A stretch of DNA of 64,000 nucleotides from NCBI GenBank assembly GCA_964626665.1, contig CAZVGK010000009.1, positions 24,321-88,320 of the forward strand. Reading direction: 5' to 3'. The notes under the pieces were generated by a model, which was not told the origin of the DNA, searched no databases, and saw nothing but the letters and a program-made list of their open reading frames with translations. Of the stretch, positions 36,196 through 46,568 are shown piece after piece (position 1 is the first letter of the stretch; every line of letters starts with the position of its first letter). The DNA is from an uncultured Gemmatimonadota bacterium (GTDB lineage Bacteria; SM23-81; DAOVCL01). The position numbers were made by a program, and so were the translations under genes.

Positions 36196-37957
36196 GGGTT
36201 TACTTCTCCTTGGCCTCTGGGGCTTCTTCGTGACCTCCTCCTGGAGTGGGGAGTCCTCCCAGGAGAGGTTTAACCAGGCAGTGACCTTGTTTCGGGAGGG
36301 GAGGTATCAGGATGCCCTGGATAACTCCCTCCTTTTCTCCCAGGATTACCCTCAGTCTGAGTTCTCTTCGGCCGCCAATCTGCTGGTGGCCAAATGCTAC
36401 TATCATCTGGAGCGCTTGCCGCAGGCCATTGCCGCCGGTCAGAGGTTTCTCCAGGAGTATCCCTCCAGTTCTTATTTGAGCAATGTCCATTTTCTCTTGG
36501 GAAACTGTAACTATCTCTTGGGCGATGAAAGGGAGGCGGCCCGCCAATATTTGGCGAGCTTGGAGTTGACCAAGGACAAGAGGTTACAAGCACTTGCCCA
36601 AAAATCCCTCTCCCTACTTCTCTCGGAGGGACTCTCCTTGGAAGATCTTAATTGGTTGAAGGGTAAGGTTAAGCCAGGGAGAGGGACGGTTATCTTTTTT
36701 CTGGGCAAGAGGAGGTTCCAGGTAGGAAACTTTTATGGGGCTGCTCAGATTTTAGAGGAGTATATAAAGGAATTCCCTCAGGGCCCTTATGTTAAACAGG
36801 CGCGTCGTTTACGGGATGAGGCCAAGGAGAAGTTAAAGAGAGTTGTCTATTTGGGGGTGCTCACCCCACTTAGCGGGGAGTATAAACGCTGGGGGGAGAG
36901 CCTGTTACAGGGAATAGAGTTGGCTCAGGAGGAGGCCCATCAGGATGGGGGTTGGATGGTCCAATTAAAGGTAGAGGATACAGCGGGTGATCCGGTTAAG
37001 GCGGTGCAGGGAGCCCAAACCCTGGCCCAGGGGGGGTGTGTGGCCATCCTGGGACCACTTCTCTCCGGAACGGCAGTGGGGGCGGCCGCCGTCTCTCAGC
37101 TTTTAGGGGTTCCCCTGCTTACCCCTACCGCCTCTCAGAGGGGGTTAGCCTCCTTGGGGAAGTGGATATTTCAGGGGAGTGTGGGGGCAGAGTGGCAGGG
37201 GAGGATGCTGGCTGACTATGCAACCAGGGAACTGGGCCTGAGCAAATTTGCCCTTATTGCCCCCTTGACCTCTTGGGGAAAAGGAATAAGCGAAAGCTTT
37301 ATCCAAGGGGTAAGGGAAAATGGGGGGAGTATTTTGGCCCAAAGCTGGTATGAGGAAGGAAGCACCGATTTCAGAGATCAGTTTAGGTTTATCAGAAAGC
37401 TCCTTTTGGCGGAGGTCGACTCGGGGCAAATAGCAGAGGATACCACTAACCTAAGTTTCTACACTCCCCAGGGGAAGCTGAAACCGCCGGAGGAATGGAT
37501 ACTTAACTTGGATGGCCTATTCATTTCTGCGGATCCTCAGGAAGCGGCTATGATTGCCCCTCAGGTGGCCTTTTATGGCCTGCGCACCCAGATCTTAGGG
37601 GATGGAGGTTGGGGGTCAGAGGAGGTGCGAAGGATTGGGGGGAATTATGCAGAGGGGGCCATTTTGGTCAGCGACTTCTATCCTTGGGGGAGGAGTTGGG
37701 AGGATTTCCGCTCTCGTTTTGCGGAGAGATTTGGGGTGAAGCCAGACCGGGTGGCAACCCTCTCCTATGATATGGCCTCTTTGGTCTTGAAAGGTTTGCA
37801 GGATGGGGTCAGGGATAGGGACAAATTAAGGAAAAGGCTTTTGGCGGTGAATGATTATCAGGGGGTGGGGGGAAAGATAACCCTGTGGGCCGATGGGGAG
37901 AATAGCGAGTTGATTATCCTTAGGATAAAGGATGGTAAGATGGTGAGGTTGAAGTGA
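36161..37957 (+). CDS. TPR (BamD-like) plus periplasmic-binding-protein type 1 protein (LpoA/LppC-like)
   Basis: N-terminal TPRs (YPQSEF, YPSSSY); GVLTPLSG...ILGPLLS...YD..; signal peptide. Confidence 0.8.
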   Translation: MKIWPGNTKLFRGLLLLGLWGFFVTSSWSGESSQERFNQAVTLFREGRYQDALDNSLLFSQDYPQSEFSSAANLLVAKCYYHLERLPQAIAAGQRFLQEYPSSSYLSNVHFLLGNCNYLLGDEREAARQYLASLELTKDKRLQALAQKSLSLLLSEGLSLEDLNWLKGKVKPGRGTVIFFLGKRRFQVGNFYGAAQILEEYIKEFPQGPYVKQARRLRDEAKEKLKRVVYLGVLTPLSGEYKRWGESLLQGIELAQEEAHQDGGWMVQLKVEDTAGDPVKAVQGAQTLAQGGCVAILGPLLSGTAVGAAAVSQLLGVPLLTPTASQRGLASLGKWIFQGSVGAEWQGRMLADYATRELGLSKFALIAPLTSWGKGISESFIQGVRENGGSILAQSWYEEGSTDFRDQFRFIRKLLLAEVDSGQIAEDTTNLSFYTPQGKLKPPEEWILNLDGLFISADPQEAAMIAPQVAFYGLRTQILGDGGWGSEEVRRIGGNYAEGAILVSDFYPWGRSWEDFRSRFAERFGVKPDRVATLSYDMASLVLKGLQDGVRDRDKLRKRLLAVNDYQGVGGKITLWADGENSELIILRIKDGKMVRLK

Positions 37958-38169
37958 TGGGAGGTATCGACGACGATGTAGCCCTGAAGATAGTGATGGG
38001 GGAGAAGGAGAAGGAGGTGAGCTATCGGGAGCTCTGTCTCTCCAACAACCTCTCTCAGGAGGCATTGGTTAGCCTTCTGGTCAAGAAGAAGTTGATTGAG
38101 CCCAAGGAGCTCCTGGAGGAGATAAAAAGGGTGAAGGAGGAGAGGTACAGACCCCGTTCAGATGGGTAA
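37954..38169 (+). CDS. Small hypothetical protein
   Basis: Overlaps neighbours at both ends (operon coupling); protein-like composition. Confidence 0.6.
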   Translation: MMGGIDDDVALKIVMGEKEKEVSYRELCLSNNLSQEALVSLLVKKKLIEPKELLEEIKRVKEERYRPRSDG

Positions 38170-38596
38170 TGGTTCTTCCTTTGATGGCTCTCTTAGCTGG
38201 AGGGTGCATCCCCTGCGCCGGGATTGGCGGGTATCTCTTGGGGTGGCCGCTTTTCTTTTCCTCATCTGGTGGGGTGTCTGGCTGTGGACCGGGAGCAAAC
38301 CCCTTACCTTTCTCTCGGTGATCATTATGCTGGTCTCCCTCTCCTCCTTCTTCTTCCCGGTAACTTTCAGCCTGGATGAGGAATTCATCACGGTGAAATC
38401 ACCATTTACCACCAAGAGGAAGAAGTGGGGGGAATTTAGGAGCTTTTGGGTGGACAAAAACGGTGTTCTTTTAAGCCCCTTTGCCCAGAGGTCAAGGTTA
38501 GAGTCATTTCGGGGGCTATATATCAGATTTTCCGCGAACAGCGATGAGGTGGTGGAATTTATCCGCCGGAGGTGGCAGGAGAATGAGCTGGTTTAG
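38162..38596 (+). CDS. Hypothetical membrane protein (two TM helices plus PH-like domain)
   Basis: Two hydrophobic segments; GVLLSPF...RLESFRG motif; operon position. Confidence 0.65.
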   Translation: MGNGSSFDGSLSWRVHPLRRDWRVSLGVAAFLFLIWWGVWLWTGSKPLTFLSVIIMLVSLSSFFFPVTFSLDEEFITVKSPFTTKRKKWGEFRSFWVDKNGVLLSPFAQRSRLESFRGLYIRFSANSDEVVEFIRRRWQENELV

Positions 38597-38906
38597 GAAA
38601 GCCTTTGCAGTAGAGAAGGGAAACTCTACCTTGACCCCTAAGCAGGAGGAGATCTTAGAGAAACTGGCCAAGAAGGTGGCCAGATGGCAGATGGGTGTTC
38701 CGGCCATAATGTTCTTGGAGACGATAAAGCCCCTGAGCTTTATTGGCAGTCAGGTTCTGGTCTTCCTGGATCCAATAGTTAAGTCCGTCTTTAACTCCTC
38801 CGATTATGACGAGTATACCAAACTAATGGAGGATAGGAAAAATGTGGAGCTTCTCATTCGCAAGATAGAGGATGTAAGTTCCCCATCCACAGAGAAGGGA
38901 GAGTAG
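38583..38906 (+). CDS. Hypothetical protein
   Basis: AGGAG RBS before ATG 38583; PAIMFLE..KPLSF.GSQ; abuts next gene. Confidence 0.65.
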   Translation: MSWFRKAFAVEKGNSTLTPKQEEILEKLAKKVARWQMGVPAIMFLETIKPLSFIGSQVLVFLDPIVKSVFNSSDYDEYTKLMEDRKNVELLIRKIEDVSSPSTEKGE

Positions 38907-40730
38907 ATGAAGAAGAAGCCAGAGGGGATAAAGGTCATTTTGGCCACGGACTGTGGTAGCACAACGACCAAGGCTATACTCATAGAGAAGAAGGGAGAAG
39001 AATATAGGCTAATTGTCAGGGGGGAGGCTCCCACAACCGTAGAGGCTCCCTTTGAGGACGTGACTATGGGGGTCCTCAATGCGGTAGCTGAGGTGGAGGA
39101 GCTATCCGGGAGGAGGCTGCTTACCCCCGAGGGAAAGATAATCTCCCCAGCCAAAGCCAAGGAGGGAGCCGATATCTATATCTCCACCTCCAGCGCCGGA
39201 GGGGGGCTGCAGATGATGGTGGCTGGGGTGGTGAGGAGTATGACCGCGGAGAGCGCCGAAAGAGCCGCCCTGGGAGCAGGGGCCATTGTTATGGATGTGA
39301 TCGCCACCAATGATAAGAGGCTTCCCCATCAACAGATAGAGAGGATAAGACAGCTTAGGCCCGATATGATTCTCCTCTCCGGAGGTATAGATGGAGGGAC
39401 AACCACCCATGTGGCCCAGTTAGCTGAGCTTATCTCCGCGGCAGATCCCAAACCCAGGTTGGGAATAGGCTATAAGCTTCCGGTGATCTATGCCGGCAAT
39501 GTGGATGCGCGGGATGCGGTGCAGGGTCCCTTGGGGGATAAGACAGATCTGGTGATTGTGGATAACATCAGGCCCGTTTTGGAGCGGGAGAACCTAAAGC
39601 CGGCCAGGGACAAGATCCATGACCTTTTTATGGAACATGTTATGGCCCAGGCCCCGGGTTACAAGACCCTAATGGTCTGGACAGATGTTCCCATTATGCC
39701 CACTCCCGGGGCTGTGGGGGAAATTATCAAGACCATCGCCGAGAAGGAAGGAATAGAGGCGGTAGGAGTGGATATCGGCGGAGCGACCACCGATGTCTTC
39801 TCCATTTTCCAGGGCGTCTTTAATCGCACAGTGAGCGCCAACTTAGGGATGAGCTACTCCATCTCCAATGTCTTTGCCGAGTCAGGGGTGGAGAATATTA
39901 TGCGCTGGGTCCCCTTCTCTTTGGACGAAAGGGAACTGCGTAACTGGGTACGCAACAAGATGATCCGCCCCACAACCATCCCCCAGATGATGGAGGAGCT
40001 TATTGTGGAACAGGCCATAGCCAAGGAGGCCCTCAGGCTGGCCTTTGAACAGCACAAGTCATTTGCCACAAGCTTGAAGGGGGTGCAGAAGCAGCGCACC
40101 ATAGCCGATGCCTTTGAGCAAAGCGCTAGTGGGGCCACCCTGGTGAATATGATGAACCTGGACATTCTGGTGGGAAGTGGGGGGGTTCTCTCCCATGCCC
40201 CTCGCCGCAATCAGGCTGCGATGATGTTGGTGGATGCCTTCCTGCCCCAGGGGATTACTAAGTTGGCCGTGGACAGCATATTTATGATGCCTCAGTTGGG
40301 TGTCCTCTCCACCATTCATCCGCAGGCCGCTACCGAGGTCTTTGAGAAGGACTGTCTTATCCACCTGGGAACTTGTATAGCCCCAGTGGGTGCGGGGAAG
40401 GAAGGTAGGGAATGCCTGCGGTATCAGGCCCAACTGCCTGAAGGGAAGGAAGTTGCCGGGGGGTTAAAATACGGGGAGCTGAAGCTCATTCCCTTGAGAG
40501 TGGGCGAGGAAGTCCAGATGATCTTAGAGCCAGCCCGCGGGTTTGATGTGGGTGGGGGGAAGGGGGACAGAGTGGAGGCCACGGTATCCGGTGGGGTGGT
40601 CGGGGTGATCATTGACTGTCGGGGCCGTCCCTTTACCCTGCCGACAGATGTGGGGGAAAGGGTGGCCAAACTCAAAGGGTGGATGAAGGAGCTGGATGCC
40701 TATCCCTTAGATGCCTTGAAGAGGGTTTAA
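38907..40730 (+). CDS. Glutamate mutase L (GlmL)-like ASKHA ATPase
   Basis: TDCGSTTTK, STSSAGGGL, LSGGIDGG, MPTP, VDIGGATTDV, RTVSANLG, GSGG. Confidence 0.8.
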   Translation: MKKKPEGIKVILATDCGSTTTKAILIEKKGEEYRLIVRGEAPTTVEAPFEDVTMGVLNAVAEVEELSGRRLLTPEGKIISPAKAKEGADIYISTSSAGGGLQMMVAGVVRSMTAESAERAALGAGAIVMDVIATNDKRLPHQQIERIRQLRPDMILLSGGIDGGTTTHVAQLAELISAADPKPRLGIGYKLPVIYAGNVDARDAVQGPLGDKTDLVIVDNIRPVLERENLKPARDKIHDLFMEHVMAQAPGYKTLMVWTDVPIMPTPGAVGEIIKTIAEKEGIEAVGVDIGGATTDVFSIFQGVFNRTVSANLGMSYSISNVFAESGVENIMRWVPFSLDERELRNWVRNKMIRPTTIPQMMEELIVEQAIAKEALRLAFEQHKSFATSLKGVQKQRTIADAFEQSASGATLVNMMNLDILVGSGGVLSHAPRRNQAAMMLVDAFLPQGITKLAVDSIFMMPQLGVLSTIHPQAATEVFEKDCLIHLGTCIAPVGAGKEGRECLRYQAQLPEGKEVAGGLKYGELKLIPLRVGEEVQMILEPARGFDVGGGKGDRVEATVSGGVVGVIIDCRGRPFTLPTDVGERVAKLKGWMKELDAYPLDALKRV

Positions 40731-41042
40731 CTTGATAAATTAGTATGCCACAAAGCCACCAAGCCTCAATGGATTGATCCCAAAATATGCACAGGCCACA
40801 GATAAGCGCAGGTAGAGATAGTGCGGCAAAGCCACGATCAAACAATAGCCCCCGATTACACGGATTTCAATGAACCTCTAAAACACAAATGACACAAATG
40901 GACGAATCTACACGAATAGGCAGTTGTATAAATACGGCCCTTACACTTATACCCGGCTTTAGCCTAGGAACCTCACGCTGAGGTGGCGGAACCCTTGTTA
41001 GGCTCAACCAACATAGACAGAGGGTTCATCTAAAATTAAAAG

Positions 41043-41285
41043 GTGTTTGTAATGCCAACAGCTGTAATTGGTGGTTACAAATTCCGGTTCTATTCTTCTG
41101 ATATAAACGAACCACCACATATTCATGTTCTGCATGGTGAAAATGAAGCTAAAATTTGGCTTCAGCCTGTGGTGATAGAATACAATCATGGCTATAACCA
41201 AGCCGAGCTGAACCGTATTTTGAAGTTGACACGCCAGAATCAGGACAAATTGTTGGAGGTATGGAATGGCTACTTTAGCAAGTAA
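41043..41285 (+). CDS. DUF4160 family putative toxin
   Basis: MPT...GYKFRFYS.D.NEPPHIHV...EAKIWL...W..YF; real start may be ATG 41052. Confidence 0.85.
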   Translation: MFVMPTAVIGGYKFRFYSSDINEPPHIHVLHGENEAKIWLQPVVIEYNHGYNQAELNRILKLTRQNQDKLLEVWNGYFSK

Positions 41286-41532
41286 AACCATAAAAGAGGT
41301 TGGAGCAACCAATATCCATTTTGTTGGTAACACACTTTGTGTTTCCCTCAGTGATGGCAGAGAGATCAGTGTAGCGATAGACCAAGTTGAGTGGTTAGAT
41401 TGGTTAGCAAAAGCCACTCCAGAGCAACGAGCTAAATGGTCTCTTGAGCCAGGGGGCTTTGCTATCTACTGGGAGGAGTTAGACGACGGCATTGAAGTAC
41501 GTCACTTATTGGGAATGCAGCCAATAGCCTAA
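41266..41532 (+). CDS. DUF2442 family putative antitoxin
   Basis: L.V.LSDGR.I...L..ATPEQR..W.L..GG.AIYW.ELDD.I.V..LL. Confidence 0.85.
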   Translation: MATLASKTIKEVGATNIHFVGNTLCVSLSDGREISVAIDQVEWLDWLAKATPEQRAKWSLEPGGFAIYWEELDDGIEVRHLLGMQPIA

Positions 41533-42045
41533 CAAATCGTTGCAGCGGACGGTGGACAAGTCGCCGCCGCTGAACTCAGTCGTTCGGCCACCCCTTTCTT
41601 GCCGTCAGATCAGGGGGCCTGACGGCGCAGGCTAAACCCGCACTAAATTGCGGTAGAATAACTTACCACGGATCCACACGGAACAACACAGAATCTTCTA
41701 CCCGGCTTTAGCCGGCGTATAACCTTCTTCTGGGCTTTAGCCCGCTTCCTTTGAGCCTGAAGGCCCGCAACCCGCACTAAAGTGCGGTAGAAAACCAGAC
41801 CCTCACCACGGATTAGCACAGACCAACACGGAAAAAGATTTAACGCAGTTATGTTCCGTGAAATTCCGTGTAGTTCCGTGGTAAGACTACTCCTTCTACC
41901 CGGCTTTAGCCCAGTCCCCCCTCGGGTGAAAGAGAGTTTAAACCCGATTTTTGTGAGTTCTTTATTTCGAATACCTTGTGGCTTCCTATTGCCCAATCTA
42001 AATTAATGGCTTTGGGACAAAATTTATGAATAATTTGGTTTAGCT

Positions 42046-44718
42046 ATGGGTTTTTTTCTTCTCTTCCTTTTTCTTCCCCTTTTGGGGGGGAGTTATCCCC
42101 CTCCTTTAGGGGAAGGCCCAGATCCCATTCCTGGGGCTTACTCGAAGGGGAGAGCTCCTCTTAGTTTTTCGGCTTATATGCAAGAGGGAAGGGAGTTTCA
42201 GGTCAATGAAGAGGACTATCCTGGTGGTTTTCCCCAGTGGTTTCCGGATATAGTCCCTCTTTCCGATACCGGATTCGTTGCCGTCTGGATGGATGAAAGA
42301 AATGCGGATTATGATATCTATGCTCAGAGGTTTGGGGGAGTTGGAAAACCCCAGGGGGAGACCATTAGGGTCAACGACGATTTGGGGGCTGCAAATCAGT
42401 GGAATCCAGGAATAGCCTCTGATGGACAGGGGAGGTGGGCTGTGGTATGGAGCGACTACAGGGATGGGGGACCGGAGATATATGCCCAGATTTTCGATGG
42501 TGGAGAAAGATTAGGGGACAATTTCCAGCTCAGCCAAGGGAAGGAGGCCGAGAGGTACTATCCGGATGTCGCCGGATGGAAGGGAAGGTTTCTGGCCGTC
42601 TGGGAGGATCGGCGGGATGGTGACCCGGACATCTATGGGCAGTTCTTTGATGTGGACTTTCTTGTGGGAGAAAACTTCAGGCTCAATTCTGCCCCAAGGT
42701 TATCTCAGCGCTATCCCCAGGTGGCCTCCTCTTCAGATGGGGCCTTTTTTGTTGTCTGGAGGGATTACCGCAAGGGTCCACCCCACATCTTCGGCCAACT
42801 GGTAGAGGAAGATGGTGAGTTCTTAGGGGGTAACTTCTGGGTGGATGATGATAGCTTAGGATATGCTGCCTGGTATCCCGCGGTGGCCGGGGACAGTGGG
42901 TTTGTGGTAGGTTGGGAGGAATGGGGGGGCCACGATTATGATGTCTTTGCCCGCCGGTATGATCCCCAAGGGGGTTCAATTGGCGATATAATTGAGGTAA
43001 GTCAAGATCCGGACCAGAGTGAACAATCCCTTCCCTCGGTGGGTGCAGGCCCAGATGGTTTTCTTATCTCCTGGGCAGACAGAAGGGAGGGGAATTATGA
43101 CATCTATGCCCAGAGGTTTGGCCAGGGGGGTAATCCTCTGGGAGAAAACTTCCGCATCAACGATGACCAGGGGGAGGCCAGCCAACTTTGGCCGGCCGCA
43201 GCTTACGGGGAAAGCGGGTTTTGTATCTGTTGGCGGGACCAAAGGGATGGTTTGGCCCAGGTATATGCACAAGGTTTTCATTCCACTGGGTTGCCAGAGG
43301 ATGCAAACCTCAAGCCCGGGGGGGATGTCTGGGGCGCCCATCAGCTCTCCCCTGCCTTGGCCTCTGATCCGCAAGGGCTCAGCCTCGCTGTTTGGGAGGA
43401 CTACAGGTGGGGCAAGCCTAAGATTTATGGCCAATGGTTTACTGAGGATGGTTTGCTGTTAGATGGGAATCTCCCCATTCAGGATCGATCCTGGCCTTGC
43501 ACCCAGCTTTCTCCTCAGGTTGCCGCGGGCGGAAAAGGAAGATTCTCTATAAGCTGGATGGAGGGAAGTGAGGGAGATTGGGATGTCTGGCTTAAGCTCT
43601 GGGGGGGAGCGAGCATCAAGGTTAATGATCAAAGCGTTGGTTTTCATGGATACCCTTCGCTGAGCTATGGAAATAATGGGGCCTTGTTGGTCTGCTGGGA
43701 GGACTGGAGAGGAAGATATGATATCTACTGCCAACTATATGACTCCGACCTCTCTCCCGTGGGCTCAAATTTCCGCATAAACGATGAGGTCAGGGAGACC
43801 TACCGAGATCACCCGTGGGTGGCCGGAGGCGAAGGGTTTGTTACCGTCTGGAGGGAGTATGACTCTGGCAGTTCCTATATCTATGGCCAGGTCTTCGTCC
43901 GCTCAGCCCATCCCTTAGGAGCCAACTTCAGGGTTGACCTGGGACAGTCCTATCAAGTTGACCCTCAAGTGGCCTTCGGTGGAGATGATGAGTTCGGGGT
44001 GGTCTGGGTTTCCAAGGAAGCCGAGGATGAGGATATATATGCTCAGTGGTTCAATGGCCAAGGCCTGGCCCTGACAGCTCCAGTCCTGGTCAACGATGAT
44101 GGGTCAGGGGCCTCTCAAGTTGACCCCACCATAGTCGGCCATCAGGGGGAGTATATCATGGCCTGGACCGACTACAGAGAGGGCAATGGGGATATCTACG
44201 GTCAGAAGTTTAAGGGGCCTGCGAATCGCTCAAGGAAAAATTTTAGGTTGCACTCAGATCCTGGTGGGAAAAGCCAGCTCGGACCATCCCTCTCCTCAGC
44301 GGATACCCTGCTTTTGGTAAGCTGGCAGGATACCAGGATCTTAGGGGATGGATGGGACATCTGGGCGAAGCTGAGCAGTTGGCAAAGGACTGGGTTGAGG
44401 GATGGGCCTGCTTTAGGTCCTGTAGTTAGTCCATTTTCTCTCCTGCAAAACTACCCCAATCCGTTTAATTCGGCCACCCACATCCGCTACCACCTCCCAG
44501 CGGTCAGCGGTCAGCAGTCAGCAGTCAGCTTAAAAATCTACAACATCCTTGGTCAGGAGGTAAGAACTCTGGTGGATAAACGACAGAGACCAGGTAGTTA
44601 TGCCGTAGTCTGGGATGGGATGGGCAACTTGGGAAACTTCCTCCCCAGCGGCATCTACTTTTACTGGATTAAAGCGGGGGATTTTACTGAGACGAAGAGG
44701 ATGATCTTGCTTAAATAG
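42046..44718 (+). CDS. Secreted repeat (beta-propeller-like) protein with CTD
   Basis: About 14 repeats 'F.VVW.D.R.G..DIYAQ.F...G..LG.NF.VN'; CTD. Confidence 0.8.
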   Translation: MGFFLLFLFLPLLGGSYPPPLGEGPDPIPGAYSKGRAPLSFSAYMQEGREFQVNEEDYPGGFPQWFPDIVPLSDTGFVAVWMDERNADYDIYAQRFGGVGKPQGETIRVNDDLGAANQWNPGIASDGQGRWAVVWSDYRDGGPEIYAQIFDGGERLGDNFQLSQGKEAERYYPDVAGWKGRFLAVWEDRRDGDPDIYGQFFDVDFLVGENFRLNSAPRLSQRYPQVASSSDGAFFVVWRDYRKGPPHIFGQLVEEDGEFLGGNFWVDDDSLGYAAWYPAVAGDSGFVVGWEEWGGHDYDVFARRYDPQGGSIGDIIEVSQDPDQSEQSLPSVGAGPDGFLISWADRREGNYDIYAQRFGQGGNPLGENFRINDDQGEASQLWPAAAYGESGFCICWRDQRDGLAQVYAQGFHSTGLPEDANLKPGGDVWGAHQLSPALASDPQGLSLAVWEDYRWGKPKIYGQWFTEDGLLLDGNLPIQDRSWPCTQLSPQVAAGGKGRFSISWMEGSEGDWDVWLKLWGGASIKVNDQSVGFHGYPSLSYGNNGALLVCWEDWRGRYDIYCQLYDSDLSPVGSNFRINDEVRETYRDHPWVAGGEGFVTVWREYDSGSSYIYGQVFVRSAHPLGANFRVDLGQSYQVDPQVAFGGDDEFGVVWVSKEAEDEDIYAQWFNGQGLALTAPVLVNDDGSGASQVDPTIVGHQGEYIMAWTDYREGNGDIYGQKFKGPANRSRKNFRLHSDPGGKSQLGPSLSSADTLLLVSWQDTRILGDGWDIWAKLSSWQRTGLRDGPALGPVVSPFSLLQNYPNPFNSATHIRYHLPAVSGQQSAVSLKIYNILGQEVRTLVDKRQRPGSYAVVWDGMGNLGNFLPSGIYFYWIKAGDFTETKRMILLK

Positions 44719-44825
44719 CTGGGGCGAGAAGAAAGGGATAGTCAGAAATTGGTCTGCCATTTTCACTTAGACCGAAGGATATTTAGGTTTAAGCGGGCGA
44801 GAACCTTAAAAAGGAAGTGACCTTT

Positions 44826-46405
44826 ATGAAAAAGATCCTTATAATGCTTATGCTGACATTGCTGGTTTCGTTTTTAGTCAGAGTTGCCAATACAAGGATT
44901 ATTAGAGTTCCCTCAGATTTTCCGTGTATTCAGGGAGGCATAGACAATGCCAATGACGGTGATACTGTTTTGGTTGATAGTGGGACTTATGTAGAGGGGA
45001 TTAACTTTAAGGGTAAAGGGATTCTGCTGACAAGTGTGGCAGGGGCGGAGTCGACAGTCATCGATGGAGATAGTGCTGGAACCGTCGTTTCCTTTGTGTC
45101 CGGAGAAGATACTACCTCTGTATCGAAGGGTTTACTATCACCAACGGTTTGGCAGTTTGCGAGGATGGTGGTGGTATTCTTTGCCGAGCATCTTTACCAG
45201 AAATCGTTGGCAATAGAATTGTCCTTAACAGAACTTGCCGATGTTACGCCGGTGCTGGGATAGCTTGTATAGTAGGATCTAACCCTCTAATTTTGAACAA
45301 TCTAATTGCTAATAACTCTGCCCAGTATGATTTCTTCCCTGGTGTAGCCCGAGGGGGCGGCATATTCTGTAGCAGTTCCTCTCCCCTCATCAAGGATAAT
45401 ATAATTGCCCGTAATCTTGTGATTTCCTGGGACGGGGAAGTCTGGGCCGAAGGAGGGGGTATATATGTTATAAGTAGTTCCTCACCAGAGATTAAAAACT
45501 ACCTCATTGCCCTAAACGAAGTTATCTATCCTTGGGACAGTGGTACAGGTGGTGGAATTTACTTTTCTTCTTCAGCAACTCCAAGAATAACCAATAATAC
45601 CATAGTTGGCAATGTGGCTGGGGGGCAGGGTGGTGGGATATACTGCTGGATTCCCTCGGAAACTTGTGCTGCCTGTTCCGCACAGATAACAAATAACATC
45701 TTGGTTGGAAATTCCCAGGGTATCTTCTGCTATGGGTTCGCTCCTTCTATCCTCTACAACGATTTTTGGAACAATGGTGAAGGAAATTTTGATGGGTGCC
45801 CTACTGGCATAGGAGACACTACGTGGGGGTTAAATATCAATGGTGTTCCCTGTGACAGCTTCTTCAATATTTTTAGGGATCCAGTTTTTGCTATAGGTTC
45901 AGGAGGAGAATACTATCTCAGTCAAACAGCAGCCGGTCAAGCTGAACAAAGCCCGTGTGTGGATGCTGGGAGTACGCTTGTAGAAAGCTCAGGATTTGGA
46001 TATTATACCACAAGAACAGATTCCGTTCCAGATAGTGGAATGGTAGATATGGGATTTCATTACGGGGCCAAAACTTGTGAATTTGTTAAAGGCATTCCCG
46101 AATCCCGGGTCCCAAGGGGGTTCCTTCTTTCCCAAAACTACCCCAATCCATTCAACTCCACCACCCTCATCCGCTATCACCTGCCAGCTATCAGCGGTCA
46201 GCAGTCAGCAATCAGCTTGAAGATCTACAACATCCAGGGGCGGTTGGTGCGGACTCTGGTTGATGGGTACCAAGCTCCTGGCTACTACTCAGTAAGCTGG
46301 GATGCAAGGGATGATTTGGGCAAGGAAATCTCCAGTGGTATCTACTTCTATCGGCTAAAGGCTGGGGATTTTGTGGAGACAAAGAGGATGGTCTTGCTGA
46401 AATAG
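44826..46405 (+). pseudogene. Right-handed beta-helix (pectin-lyase-like) secreted protein with CTD, split by a 1-nt frameshift near 45122
   Basis: IIRVP.DF..IQ.GID...GDTVLV..GTY.E.INF.GK...FVSGEDTTSV then frame change to EGFTITNG...GGGI.C; GTATCGAA vs expected GTAATCGAA. Confidence 0.8.
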
Positions 46406-46568
46406 ACCTGGCGGAAACAAGAGTAGTAGCCAGAGATTGCTCTGTCTTTTTGATTTCATAATCTGTTTGATGTCTGATTCCGAATTGGATATCTTTTTCC
46501 GTTGTTGGCACTTAGGTAGGAGATGCTTAGGTTTAAAGTAAATCGAGAATCCAAAAAAGGAGGAAGAG

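Larger units (their letters stand above)
40997..41588 (+). mobile_element. Solitary integron gene cassette (TA pair) with attC site 41527-41588
   Basis: Starts G^TTAGGC (40997); R'' GCCTAAC overlapping the last stop codon; L boxes CAGCGG(A)CGG/CCGCCGCTG; R' GTTCGGC. Confidence 0.85.
40817..41965. repeat. Composite repeat element (related to 53543-53757) hosting the integron cassette
   Basis: Shared blocks GCGGCAAAGCC.CGA.CAAACAATAGCC, GACACAAATGGACGAATCTACACGAATAG.CAGTTGTATAAATACGG, CCCCCTCGGGTGAAAGAG. Confidence 0.7.

Noticed and set aside
41643-41996. 117-aa minus-strand ORF
   Set aside because: Composed of palindromic repeat DNA (LKPG repeats); likely spurious.
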